64,000 bases of DNA from the IMG/VR virus record IMGVR_UViG_3300049033_000018, positions 83,638-147,637 of that record. One strand, 5' to 3'. Numbering within the stretch: position 1 is the first letter of the stretch; every line of letters begins with the position of its first letter. The notes below the pieces were generated by a model. That model was not told the DNA's origin. It was given only the letters and a program-made list of their open reading frames with translations, and did no database searches. Origin of the DNA: a virus. Positions 54,832 to 62,465 of the stretch are shown piece by piece. A program made the position numbers and the translations under genes.

Positions 54832-56796
54832 TTATTGAAATAACCAGTCTGGTAGGACCACTCCTCCTTGCTGAAACTTTTTTTCTAGAACAATGTTTGG
54901 AAAGTAGGCTCTTTGTTGTGGGGAGAAACTCTTATGTAATGGTTCTTCCTCTATGAGTTTTGCTCTATCGAATCCTAGTTCTTCAATTTGTTTATTAAGT
55001 TCACTGAAATATTCTTCGAATTCATTTTCGTTTCTAAAGGTTGCTCTTACTCTTGATGGGTCTTTACTCATGCTGTTCATTCCTACAAATCCATCTTGAT
55101 ATGAGTTGAACTTATCTTGTTGGGATTGTTTTAGAACGTTTTTAAATGAGTCCCAGCTTAGGGAGCTGTTTTCTTTTATCTTTCCACCGATAGGAATAAA
55201 GTCGTCTAGCATCTTATAGGCTTTACCTGCTTTAATTGGGGACGAAGGCATGTCAGCATAGAAGTTATAGAAAGGGTCTTTATTTCCCTCTTCGAAGTAT
55301 TTTTTAAGGGCTATTTCTTCATCATATGACATAATCTCTCCTTCAGGTGTAGTTTCTGTCATTGGGTTTCTGATTGAAGATTTGTTAGGGGTCCTGGATA
55401 GTTTCATTCCTCCTGGAAGGTCTGCTTCTATACTGGATGGTTTGGCTGCTGGTTTATATCCTTGGAGCCAGTCTTTTTCATATACCTTTACATTTTCATC
55501 ATAAATATCCAGTGGTCTTTTAGATACTCTTACGTCTGTATTTTCAGGAGTATATTTACCAGTTCTTCCATTGACTTTAGGGGTGAATGCTTCTTCACCT
55601 TTTCTGGCTTCATACAAATACTCAGGTCTATTATTTTTATAATACAGGGAACCTTTATTATAGTAGGCATCATCACCAAAACTTTTAGCAATTGCTCCTG
55701 CTTCATCTATGGCTCCTACATTCTGTTGTCCTTTGATAAGACCCATTGTTTGTTCTAGCTCATTGAAGGTGTCAGCATCTACTTGTCTATAAAAATTATT
55801 TGAGTTAGTTCTAAAAGCAAATGGATTTACTTTATAAGCATTAGGAAGATTCTCTGCTCCATATCTATTGATGTCTGCTACAATATCGGCTGCTTTAGGA
55901 AGTTTACCAATGTTATCAACTAGCCCCAATCCTGCGTAGGTTAAAGGGTCAGTAATAATGTCTTCTGTAAGATTTGCATCATTCTTAGTACCTGATAAGG
56001 CATCCTCAAAAGAATAGTCATCTCTGTATGCTGATTGTACCATCTTTGCTGGAACTGCTAGAGGTGCAAGTAAACCAAGTTGGTCCATGCTTCTTTCAGC
56101 AAATCCATACTGACCTGTTTCAATCTGATATTGTTTTCTATTTTGTTCTACATTTGTTAGGCTGGTATCATTCTGGATACTTTGGATTAATCCCCTGTCT
56201 CCTCCTCCAAGCCATTCAGGAAGAATTTCATTTCCTACTGTATAGGCTCCTCTATTAAAGTCTGACCAGTAGCTTGGTTGAACTCCTGCGTTTCCTGATT
56301 CAACAATGTATTCACTTAAACCTTCAGGCAATCCTTTTGTTAATCTATTTAAATAAGCCCCTCTAGCTTCTGGAGTATCTCCATCATTATTAGCTGGGTT
56401 CTGTTGTAAGAACTGTCCAATTAATTGTTGCTTGATTTGCTCATCATATTGTTGTTTGTAAGAAGGGTTCACTTCCCAGAATTTATCTGAGCTTTGTCCT
56501 AGACCTCTTGCTATTGAGCCAGTCATCTCATCTTCAAAGTAAGGCTTCATGTAGTTTTCAAAACTACTTTGCTGAGTTAGTTGTTGGTATTGTTTGAGTA
56601 AATCGTGGGCACCTTCCTGAGGATAATAATTACCTCTCTCATCCTCACCATATAGAATACCCTGAGCATAATAATCTTCATAGTCTGAAGAGTCTGTTGC
56701 CAAAGTTTCTCCTGTACTTAGTTGTACATATGTTTTACCGTCTTGTCCTTCGTATTGTTTTAAGACTCTGATTCCAGGTCCCTGAAATGTTGCCAT
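54832..56796 (-). CDS. Large protein, probable internal virion/ejected protein
   Basis: 654 aa, Q/G/D-rich, C-terminal KFQQGG motif; own promoter at 56853 and terminator-like hairpin at 54796-54822. Confidence 0.45.
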   Translation of the reverse strand: MATFQGPGIRVLKQYEGQDGKTYVQLSTGETLATDSSDYEDYYAQGILYGEDERGNYYPQEGAHDLLKQYQQLTQQSSFENYMKPYFEDEMTGSIARGLGQSSDKFWEVNPSYKQQYDEQIKQQLIGQFLQQNPANNDGDTPEARGAYLNRLTKGLPEGLSEYIVESGNAGVQPSYWSDFNRGAYTVGNEILPEWLGGGDRGLIQSIQNDTSLTNVEQNRKQYQIETGQYGFAERSMDQLGLLAPLAVPAKMVQSAYRDDYSFEDALSGTKNDANLTEDIITDPLTYAGLGLVDNIGKLPKAADIVADINRYGAENLPNAYKVNPFAFRTNSNNFYRQVDADTFNELEQTMGLIKGQQNVGAIDEAGAIAKSFGDDAYYNKGSLYYKNNRPEYLYEARKGEEAFTPKVNGRTGKYTPENTDVRVSKRPLDIYDENVKVYEKDWLQGYKPAAKPSSIEADLPGGMKLSRTPNKSSIRNPMTETTPEGEIMSYDEEIALKKYFEEGNKDPFYNFYADMPSSPIKAGKAYKMLDDFIPIGGKIKENSSLSWDSFKNVLKQSQQDKFNSYQDGFVGMNSMSKDPSRVRATFRNENEFEEYFSELNKQIEELGFDRAKLIEEEPLHKSFSPQQRAYFPNIVLEKKFQQGGVVLPDWLFQ

Positions 56797-56942
56797 ATTT
56801 CGTATTGTTTTCTATATTTAATCATATCATTCCTTACAGGAACTCTATGTCACAAAGATATGAAATTTTTTTTAATTGTACAAATATATAATAAAAAATC
56901 CTACCTAACAGGGGTTAAATAGGATAGGTTAAAACTCAGTGA

Positions 56943-57095
56943 TTACCAGTCAGAGTTTATTTCTTGTAATTGAGCTTTCATCTTAGCTCTAAATTTTTCT
57001 TTATGGAATGGAGCCCATGTACCTTTGTGAGGTTTACATAGCTTGCAGCCACATCCTTTCTTTTGTTTACGTTTGTTATGTCTGTTTGGACCCAT
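56943..57095 (-). CDS. Small basic CxxCKPHK protein (50 aa)
   Basis: Manual translation MGPNRHNKRKQKKGCGCKLCKPHKGTW...; below the ORF-track length cut-off. Confidence 0.55.
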   Translation of the reverse strand: MGPNRHNKRKQKKGCGCKLCKPHKGTWAPFHKEKFRAKMKAQLQEINSDW

Positions 57096-57714
57096 GTATT
57101 AAATCGTTGTGTAGACTCATTATTCGAAGCTCAGCTCTAGGAATCAAAATATTAATTGGAGCTTCTATTTTATGTTTGCTTTTTGAAAATTTAAATCCAT
57201 CTTCAATATTTCCAAAGTCTGTATCTCCACTATCAATAGCATTACATTTACTGACTAACTTTTCTGTAGTCCAACCAAGGTCTTTCAAATAAGCAATGAC
57301 TTTATCTTTATTGATAAGCATTATTTCCATCTCTTGAATATCCTCAGATTTAGGATTTTTCTCAACTTTAGCTCTGTTGATAAAGGCAAGAAGATAATGA
57401 GTTGTGTTGAGTCTGTTTGATAAGAACCAACCATCATATCTGTATCCACTTTTCTTATCACTTGTAGCTCTAAGTTCAAAGGCAAATGTTTGTAAGTTTT
57501 TACCTATATAATCAGTGGCACATTTTTCATCTACAAGCATATCGTCTCCTGTAGCTGATTGGAATATTACATCTATTCCTTGAAGTTGAAGAGCTTTACT
57601 TGTGACTCTTACAAAAGGTATTTTTCCAGTATAGTATTTATCTAGAAATTTCTCTATCTCTTTTGCTGTTTGTGAATCTGTTGCTCTGTTACTTTGATAC
57701 AATTCTTTTGGCAT
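57076..57714 (-). CDS. PD-(D/E)XK restriction-endonuclease-fold protein
   Basis: QLQGIDV...VDEK...TFAFEL...GWF; start reassigned to ATG 57714 because the longer ORF overlaps two tRNAs. Confidence 0.65.
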   Translation of the reverse strand: MPKELYQSNRATDSQTAKEIEKFLDKYYTGKIPFVRVTSKALQLQGIDVIFQSATGDDMLVDEKCATDYIGKNLQTFAFELRATSDKKSGYRYDGWFLSNRLNTTHYLLAFINRAKVEKNPKSEDIQEMEIMLINKDKVIAYLKDLGWTTEKLVSKCNAIDSGDTDFGNIEDGFKFSKSKHKIEAPINILIPRAELRIMSLHNDLIHGSKQT

Positions 57715-57731
57715 ACTATAATTTTTGATTG

Positions 57732-57806
57732 TGGCTCCTACAGGATTTGAACCTGTGACCTTTTCATTATGAGTGAACTGCTCTAACCAGGCTGAGCTAA
57801 GAAGCC
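57732..57806 (-). tRNA. tRNA-Met or Ile2 (CAT)
   Basis: GGCTTCT/AGGAGCC, GCTC/GAGC, loop CT-CAT-AA, ACAGG-TTCAAAT-CCTGT. Confidence 0.9.
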
Positions 57807-57810
57807 ATAG

Positions 57811-57882
57811 AACCCCCAAGTGGAATCGAACCACTATCAATAGTTTAGAAAACTATGGCTCTATCCGTTGAGCTATGAGGGC
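57811..57882 (-). tRNA. tRNA-Arg (TCT)
   Basis: GCCCTCA/TGGGGGT, ATAGT-TT-TCT-AA-ACTAT, AGTGG-TTCGATT-CCACT. Confidence 0.9.
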
Positions 57883-57990
57883 AAGTAAAATAACCTTCAA
57901 ACTACATCCTTATAACAGGAATACCCTTTCTGTATCAACACCCCCTAAAAAGGACTACTCAGATACTCTATTTTACTTCAGCTATTTTAG

Positions 57991-58062
57991 TCCCGATACC
58001 AAGAATCGAACTTGGATTTCAACCTTATGAGGATTTTGTAATAGCCATTATACTATATCGGG
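57991..58062 (-). tRNA. tRNA with CAT anticodon (Met/Ile2), weak anticodon stem
   Basis: CCCGATA/TATCGGG, loop CT-CAT-AA, CCAAG-TTCGATT-CTTGG. Confidence 0.8.
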
Positions 58063-58067
58063 AATTG

Positions 58068-58227
58068 AGCAGAGTGATGGAATCGAACCACTGATGTCTA
58101 AGTTTCACCACCCTTCCCATTTGCATTTTCGGTCATGACTCCTCTACTACAAATGTTCCTGGACAGTTAGAACAATAGATACCCACTTAATTTTCACACT
58201 AAGTCTACACCTAATAGGACACTCTGC
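58068..58227 (-). ncRNA. 160-nt tRNA-like RNA with large structured insert
   Basis: Acceptor GCAGAGT/ACTCTGC; T arm GTGG-TTCGATT-CCAT; internal stems TGTTC/GAACA and CATTTGTA/TGCAAATG. Confidence 0.65.
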
Positions 58228-58745
58228 TTATAAAAACCATTACTCTATAAGAGCAATGGTAATATTGTTTTCTTTAATTATTTTTAGTGAACCTTTAAAC
58301 TGAAGACTGCCTTTAGTATGACTATTGTCTGGGGTCTCCTTAGTTGTAAAACCTACCTTAGAATCCAAATGGTCTACATAGTAAGTATTACCTTTACATT
58401 TCACTACCCAAGCTGGGACACTCTTGTCTTCGTTATGCTTCTTGTTGAAGTGGAAAACTATTCTGGAACTATTACAAATTGATTCCATATTTTTCTACTA
58501 ACTGAGTTACATAGGATTCTGAAATCTCTTTGTGTTTTGTTACCTGTCTTGGAATCTCTTTGATAACTGCATAAGCTTGGAACAGATGTCTTAACTCATA
58601 TTTGTTATCAAGTATTACTTGAGAGGGTGAAGATACGGTTCTTGTACCTTGGAAAGATTGTTTTCTCTGAGGTTTAACAATTCTTTGTTCCTCTGATAAT
58701 CTTTTTATTTCTTGTCTGATTGCTTCAAATTTTTTCATGATAATT

Positions 58746-59102
58746 TTAATTTAATGTTAATGATAGGTTTTTAAATAATTGTTTGTGTTGTTCTCTTGAA
58801 ATTGCTTCTACAGCCACTGCTGTCATTTGGTTTCCAATATCAGGTTCCAGGAATTTGTGATACTTAATTTTTAAGTCATCCAATCTGTGGATTATCCTTT
58901 GTATTTTGGACTCCGAAGCTTCAAGACAACACAGGTAATTACTACCCATCTGCCATTGCTTAAACTCATGTTCAAAATTAGCTGCAAAATCAGCTAAGGC
59001 ATGTACACTTTGTACACACTTGTAACCTGGAGTTAAATCATCTCTGGTGATGATTGTCATAAACTCGTTACCTGTCTAAATGTTAATTAAATCTTTTTTC
59101 AT
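58746..59102 (-). CDS. Peptidyl-tRNA hydrolase type 2-like protein with in-frame TAG at codon 9 (59076-59078)
   Basis: IITRDDLTPG...QSVHA...FLEPDIGNQMTAVA is Pth2-like. The upstream in-frame ATG 59102 gives MKKDLINI*TGNEF-MTII; the downstream ATG 59060 is the alternative start. Confidence 0.7.
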
Positions 59103-59107
59103 AATAA

Positions 59108-59269
59108 TTAAATTAATGATTTTAAAGTTTCTATTTCTTTTTTGATTCTTTTGGTGTCTGATTCAGTAAGAGGAATCTGATTGCCAGAGTTTCCTTTTTC
59201 TGTTTTAACTCCACTCTTTAATTGAGACTGCAATCTTTCAAGAGCTGTCTTTCTTCTTAATAGCTTCAT
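59108..59269 (-). CDS. Small basic hypothetical protein (53 aa)
   Basis: MKLLRRKTALERLQSQLKSG...LKSLI*; stop is 5 nt before ATG 59102. Confidence 0.6.
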   Translation of the reverse strand: MKLLRRKTALERLQSQLKSGVKTEKGNSGNQIPLTESDTKRIKKEIETLKSLI

Positions 59270-59403
59270 AGTATAAAATTTTTTAATTAAAATAATACAA
59301 GCCTCCCCTCAAACTCTCTTACTCTATGGGAGGGCGACAATATTGTGCAGGTCGAAGAGTTATCCACCCAACACTATGCTCCACCGCTAAGTGCATTGTA
59401 TTG

Positions 59404-59474
59404 TCATTCCAGTGGGATTCGAACCCACGCACACAGTTTTAGAGACTGCCGTTCTACCACTGAACTATGGAACG
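59404..59474 (-). tRNA. Amber suppressor tRNA (anticodon CTA)
   Basis: CGTTCCA/TGGAATG, GTTC-AGTGGTA-GAAC, GCAGT-CT-CTA-AA-ACTGT, GTGGG-TTCGAAT-CCCAC. Confidence 0.88.
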
Positions 59475-59599
59475 TAAAAAATGTAGTTAGTATCATTGTA
59501 AATACGGGGTGCACATCCTGAGAAGGAGTTTAACGGTTTGCCAGCACATCGTGTTCAATACTATGAATCCTTGTCTCGGTTACTGTGGAAACTACATTT

Positions 59600-59665
59600 G
59601 CTTCATATCAGGATTCGAACCTATCTTCCCTTACTGGGCGTGCTAACCATTACACTAAAATGAAA
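59600..59665 (-). pseudogene. Degenerate tRNA / tRNA-like RNA with shortened anticodon arm
   Basis: D arm GTGT-AATGGTTA-GCAC, mini arm CCC-AGTAA-GGG, AGG-TTCGAAT-CCT. Confidence 0.6.
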
Positions 59666-59760
59666 AACTCTTCTATCCTCTCACGGCAATGAGATTCCTG
59701 AAAAGAATGGTATGGGCTAAGGTTGGATTGCCGTCCTGTTATAACTGCCACCAATTTTTG

Positions 59761-59832
59761 AAGTCCGCCTGGGAATCGAACCCAGCTCATCAGAGCGAAA
59801 GTCTGAGGTACTAACCGATATACGAACGGACC
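59761..59832 (-). tRNA. tRNA-Glu (TTC)
   Basis: GGTCCGT/GCGGACT, TCAGA-CT-TTC-GC-TCTGA, CTGGG-TTCGATT-CCCAG. Confidence 0.88.
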
Positions 59833-59837
59833 AAATT

Positions 59838-60423
59838 CAAGCTACAGGTCTTGTTAACTGATACTCCACACCAAGTGCCCCAGTCAAGGCTAGAGGAATC
59901 GAACCTCATTTGCTTTTTTCCAAATAAAAATGTTTTAACTTTGTATTTGCTGTATGTAGCTTTATCAAATTACTTTTGTTTTTTCAAATACCAATTTTGA
60001 TTTTTTTAGTTTGCTGTAAGTAATTTTATCAGAATAGTTTTAGGAATTGAACCTTATTAATCGTTTATGAGACAATTTTTTAACCAAATTTCTTTGCTGT
60101 TACTATTCTTATCAAGTTTCATTTTTTGTTTTTACGTTGCTCTACCCACTGAGCTACTCCCAAAGATTTCTAGATTTAACTTTGTTTGGGAGGAAGGATT
60201 CGAACCCCCGACACACGGCTTTCAATGCTTAACTTTATACTTGCTGTATGAAACTTTTTATATTCAGGTTACTGTTGAGGTCTTTAAGTCTCCTCATTAC
60301 TTCTCTAGACAATTTAACTTCTCACTAGAATACGAAGTTGTAGATATGGCTTTGCGTTTGCATTCTACGTTACGTTAATGTTTATCCTGTAATTGTTTTT
60401 TTGTGTTTGCTGAAAGTAACCTT
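59838..60423 (-). ncRNA. Tandem array of five Y-RNA-like units (stem-CAGCAA-payload-stem-GA)
   Basis: Units at 60265-60423, 60113-60257, 60030-60110, 59966-60027 and 59838-59963; each has a distinct, perfectly complementary 8-9 bp closing stem with CAGCAA starting at position 11. Confidence 0.8.
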
Positions 60424-60434
60424 ATTAATAACAC

Positions 60435-60493
60435 TGCAAAGATACAAAATATTTTTGATATATGCAAATTTTGCAGTGTTAAATTTATATTAA
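60435..60493 (-). promoter_or_regulatory. Promoter driving the ncRNA array
   Basis: TATCTTTG at 60437-60444, TTTG -33 element, TTAAC-like box at 60478/60489; flanked by AACACTGCAAA inverted repeat. Confidence 0.75.
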
Positions 60494-60498
60494 AATTA

Positions 60499-62184
60499 TT
60501 AAAGAACTTCTACTCTTTGAATTAGCTCTTGAGACAACGCCTCTCTGACTAATTCATCTGCTGTTTTAATCTTACCTGAAAGGAAAGAAACAATGGCAGC
60601 AGAATAACCACTAAAGTAATATACATTACTTACATCTCCATGAGTCTCGAATTTTGTAGATGTACTACCATAATAACCGTTAGGAATATTCCAAAGTACA
60701 ATTACAAAGTTATTAACATAGTCTTGAGAAAATCCTGCATTTCTTAAAGAACTCAAAGCAGTTTCAACATTAGTTTTACCTAATTGACCTGGATTAAATT
60801 CTCCATCGGAAATACATAAGATGCCAGTTGGGAACTCATCTTCACTGATTCCTTTTGATTTCAGTTCACAGAATAGTTTGATAACTGACTGGAAGTTTGT
60901 GCTTCCATAAGCTTCAGACCTATCATTTTTCCACTTATCAACAGGAGTCTGACCTACCCATTGGTGCATTCTTGCTGTATCATTAAATTCAATCCAAGAG
61001 TTGGCGAACCTTCCTTGTAAGAATTCAGAAAAATACAAAGCTAATGCTTTACCAATATTGTAAGAACTCATGTTGGTTCCTTTAGCTTCAGAAGTCATTG
61101 AAGAAGAGGTATCTCTTACAACAATTAAACTTGAAATTCCAGAATCCCCAGCCTTTCCTACAAGTGTAGTAAATTGCTTGTTGATAGTTTCCTCTTGAGC
61201 CTTTGAAATCTGTGCAGATTCAAATTTTCTATTTATGTTCAAAGGTGAGAATAACTCATGAACAAAACCAGTATACTTAACATCTTTGGTTTCTGGTGAA
61301 GTAATCCAAGCTGCATACCTGTCAGATAATTTTTGATTGAACAAAAATTTAGACTGAACTAATTTAGATAGAGCTCTACCATGAATTTTACCAAAGTCGA
61401 TAACATCAAACTTTCTTTGAGAGATAAGTTTTTGCCATTCGTGAGCAGTACCAGAAGTTTTTAATTTTCTGTATTGCTTGTAAGTAGAACCAGTTGATTC
61501 TCCTTTATTACCATAAAGTAATGAACAAACCCATTTAGCAATCATGTTGTCAGCCTGAGCTTCTACTGTTTTACAAACAGAGTTTGATTTAATTTGTGGT
61601 AAATATTTTTTAACTAACTCAGAAGAGTTTGAGTTTTCTAATCCTGAAAGAACTAGGTCTCCAAACTTTTTCCAGTTAAGTTGTCTACCTTCCCAACCGT
61701 GATGAACAAGGTCGTAAGAAAGCATTGTGAAAATATCTTTCCAACTACCAGCAGAGATTAGTAATCCTACGTTAGCCCAGAAAGTTTTTTCGTCTTTGAA
61801 ATACAACCAAAGGAATCTCATGATACCTTCATGTCTAAGCTCTCCACCTTTTTGAGGTCCTTGAGTCTTAGTACCATCAAGATACATTGTTTCTCTGGAA
61901 ATCATTCTCACAAAAATTGAGAATGCTACAGTATCCCACTTGTCAGAACCCCAAAGTAATTCAGAGTCTTGTGCGATTGCCTTGAAACTTCTAGGAGCTT
62001 TATATTCACCTAAAGAACCAAACTGGTCAACTAAAGCACTACCAGTAGTAGAATACTTTAAAGCACCGTTTGCTGATTTAGTTTCTGCTCCTTTCTTTAA
62101 AGCTGCATCAACGAATGCAGATGTTGTGTTGTTAACTGTTTTTGCAGGTACTGCAAATAAAGTTTTTTTCTTGCTGTCAAACAT
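60499..62184 (-). CDS. DUF2828/DUF7788-type protein (Ro60/TROVE-like helical domain + VWA)
   Basis: NGA..YSTTG..LVDQF, GSWKD, AKW, MIDAS DTSSSM, GSTNF, ISDGEFN, IVLWN, SGYS. Confidence 0.8.
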   Translation of the reverse strand: MFDSKKKTLFAVPAKTVNNTTSAFVDAALKKGAETKSANGALKYSTTGSALVDQFGSLGEYKAPRSFKAIAQDSELLWGSDKWDTVAFSIFVRMISRETMYLDGTKTQGPQKGGELRHEGIMRFLWLYFKDEKTFWANVGLLISAGSWKDIFTMLSYDLVHHGWEGRQLNWKKFGDLVLSGLENSNSSELVKKYLPQIKSNSVCKTVEAQADNMIAKWVCSLLYGNKGESTGSTYKQYRKLKTSGTAHEWQKLISQRKFDVIDFGKIHGRALSKLVQSKFLFNQKLSDRYAAWITSPETKDVKYTGFVHELFSPLNINRKFESAQISKAQEETINKQFTTLVGKAGDSGISSLIVVRDTSSSMTSEAKGTNMSSYNIGKALALYFSEFLQGRFANSWIEFNDTARMHQWVGQTPVDKWKNDRSEAYGSTNFQSVIKLFCELKSKGISEDEFPTGILCISDGEFNPGQLGKTNVETALSSLRNAGFSQDYVNNFVIVLWNIPNGYYGSTSTKFETHGDVSNVYYFSGYSAAIVSFLSGKIKTADELVREALSQELIQRVEVL

Positions 62185-62223
62185 CTTATATATGATTTAT
62201 TGGTTATTGATTAATTATTACTT

Positions 62224-62281
62224 TGCAAAGATAAGAAAAATTTTCTTAATATGCAAATTTCTTTTGTTAAAATTTTGTTAA
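62224..62281 (-). promoter_or_regulatory. Promoter with TTAAC box for the DUF2828-type gene
   Basis: TATCTTTG at 62226-62233; GTTAA at 62266 and 62277. Confidence 0.75.
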
Positions 62282-62303
62282 AGTTTTTTGATTATTGAAA
62301 AAT

Positions 62304-62345
62304 AAAAATGTTGTTGATATAAGACTTCACACATCAACAACATTT
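62304..62345 (-). terminator. Intrinsic terminator after tRNA-His
   Basis: AAATGTTGTTGAT/ATCAACAACATTT inverted repeat with T-run on minus strand. Confidence 0.6.
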
Positions 62346-62365
62346 ATCCAGCCTCTTCTAGTTTG

Positions 62366-62438
62366 GGTGATATATGAGATTCGAACTCATCCCGTCAGAG
62401 TCACAGTCTAACATGCTAACCACTACAATAATACCACC
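62366..62438 (-). tRNA. tRNA-His (GTG)
   Basis: G-1:C73 pair, TTAGA-CT-GTG-AC-TCTGA, ATGAG-TTCGAAT-CTCAT. Confidence 0.88.
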
Positions 62439-62465
62439 ATATAAAGGGAGATTAACTCCCTAATT

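Noticed and set aside
57715-57840. N-terminal 42 aa of the ORF-track gene 57076..57840
   Set aside because: Overlaps two tRNA genes; the real start is more likely ATG 57714
58068-58227. tmRNA
   Set aside because: No G3:U70 alanine identity, too short, and no evident tag reading frame
60067-60378. Plus-strand 103-aa ORF
   Set aside because: Antisense to the structured RNA array, opposite to all other genes, and no protein motifs
59838-60423. CRISPR array interpretation of the repeated TTGCTG units
   Set aside because: Only 6 nt are invariant, unit lengths range from 62 to 159 nt, each unit has its own complementary ends, and no cas operon is present
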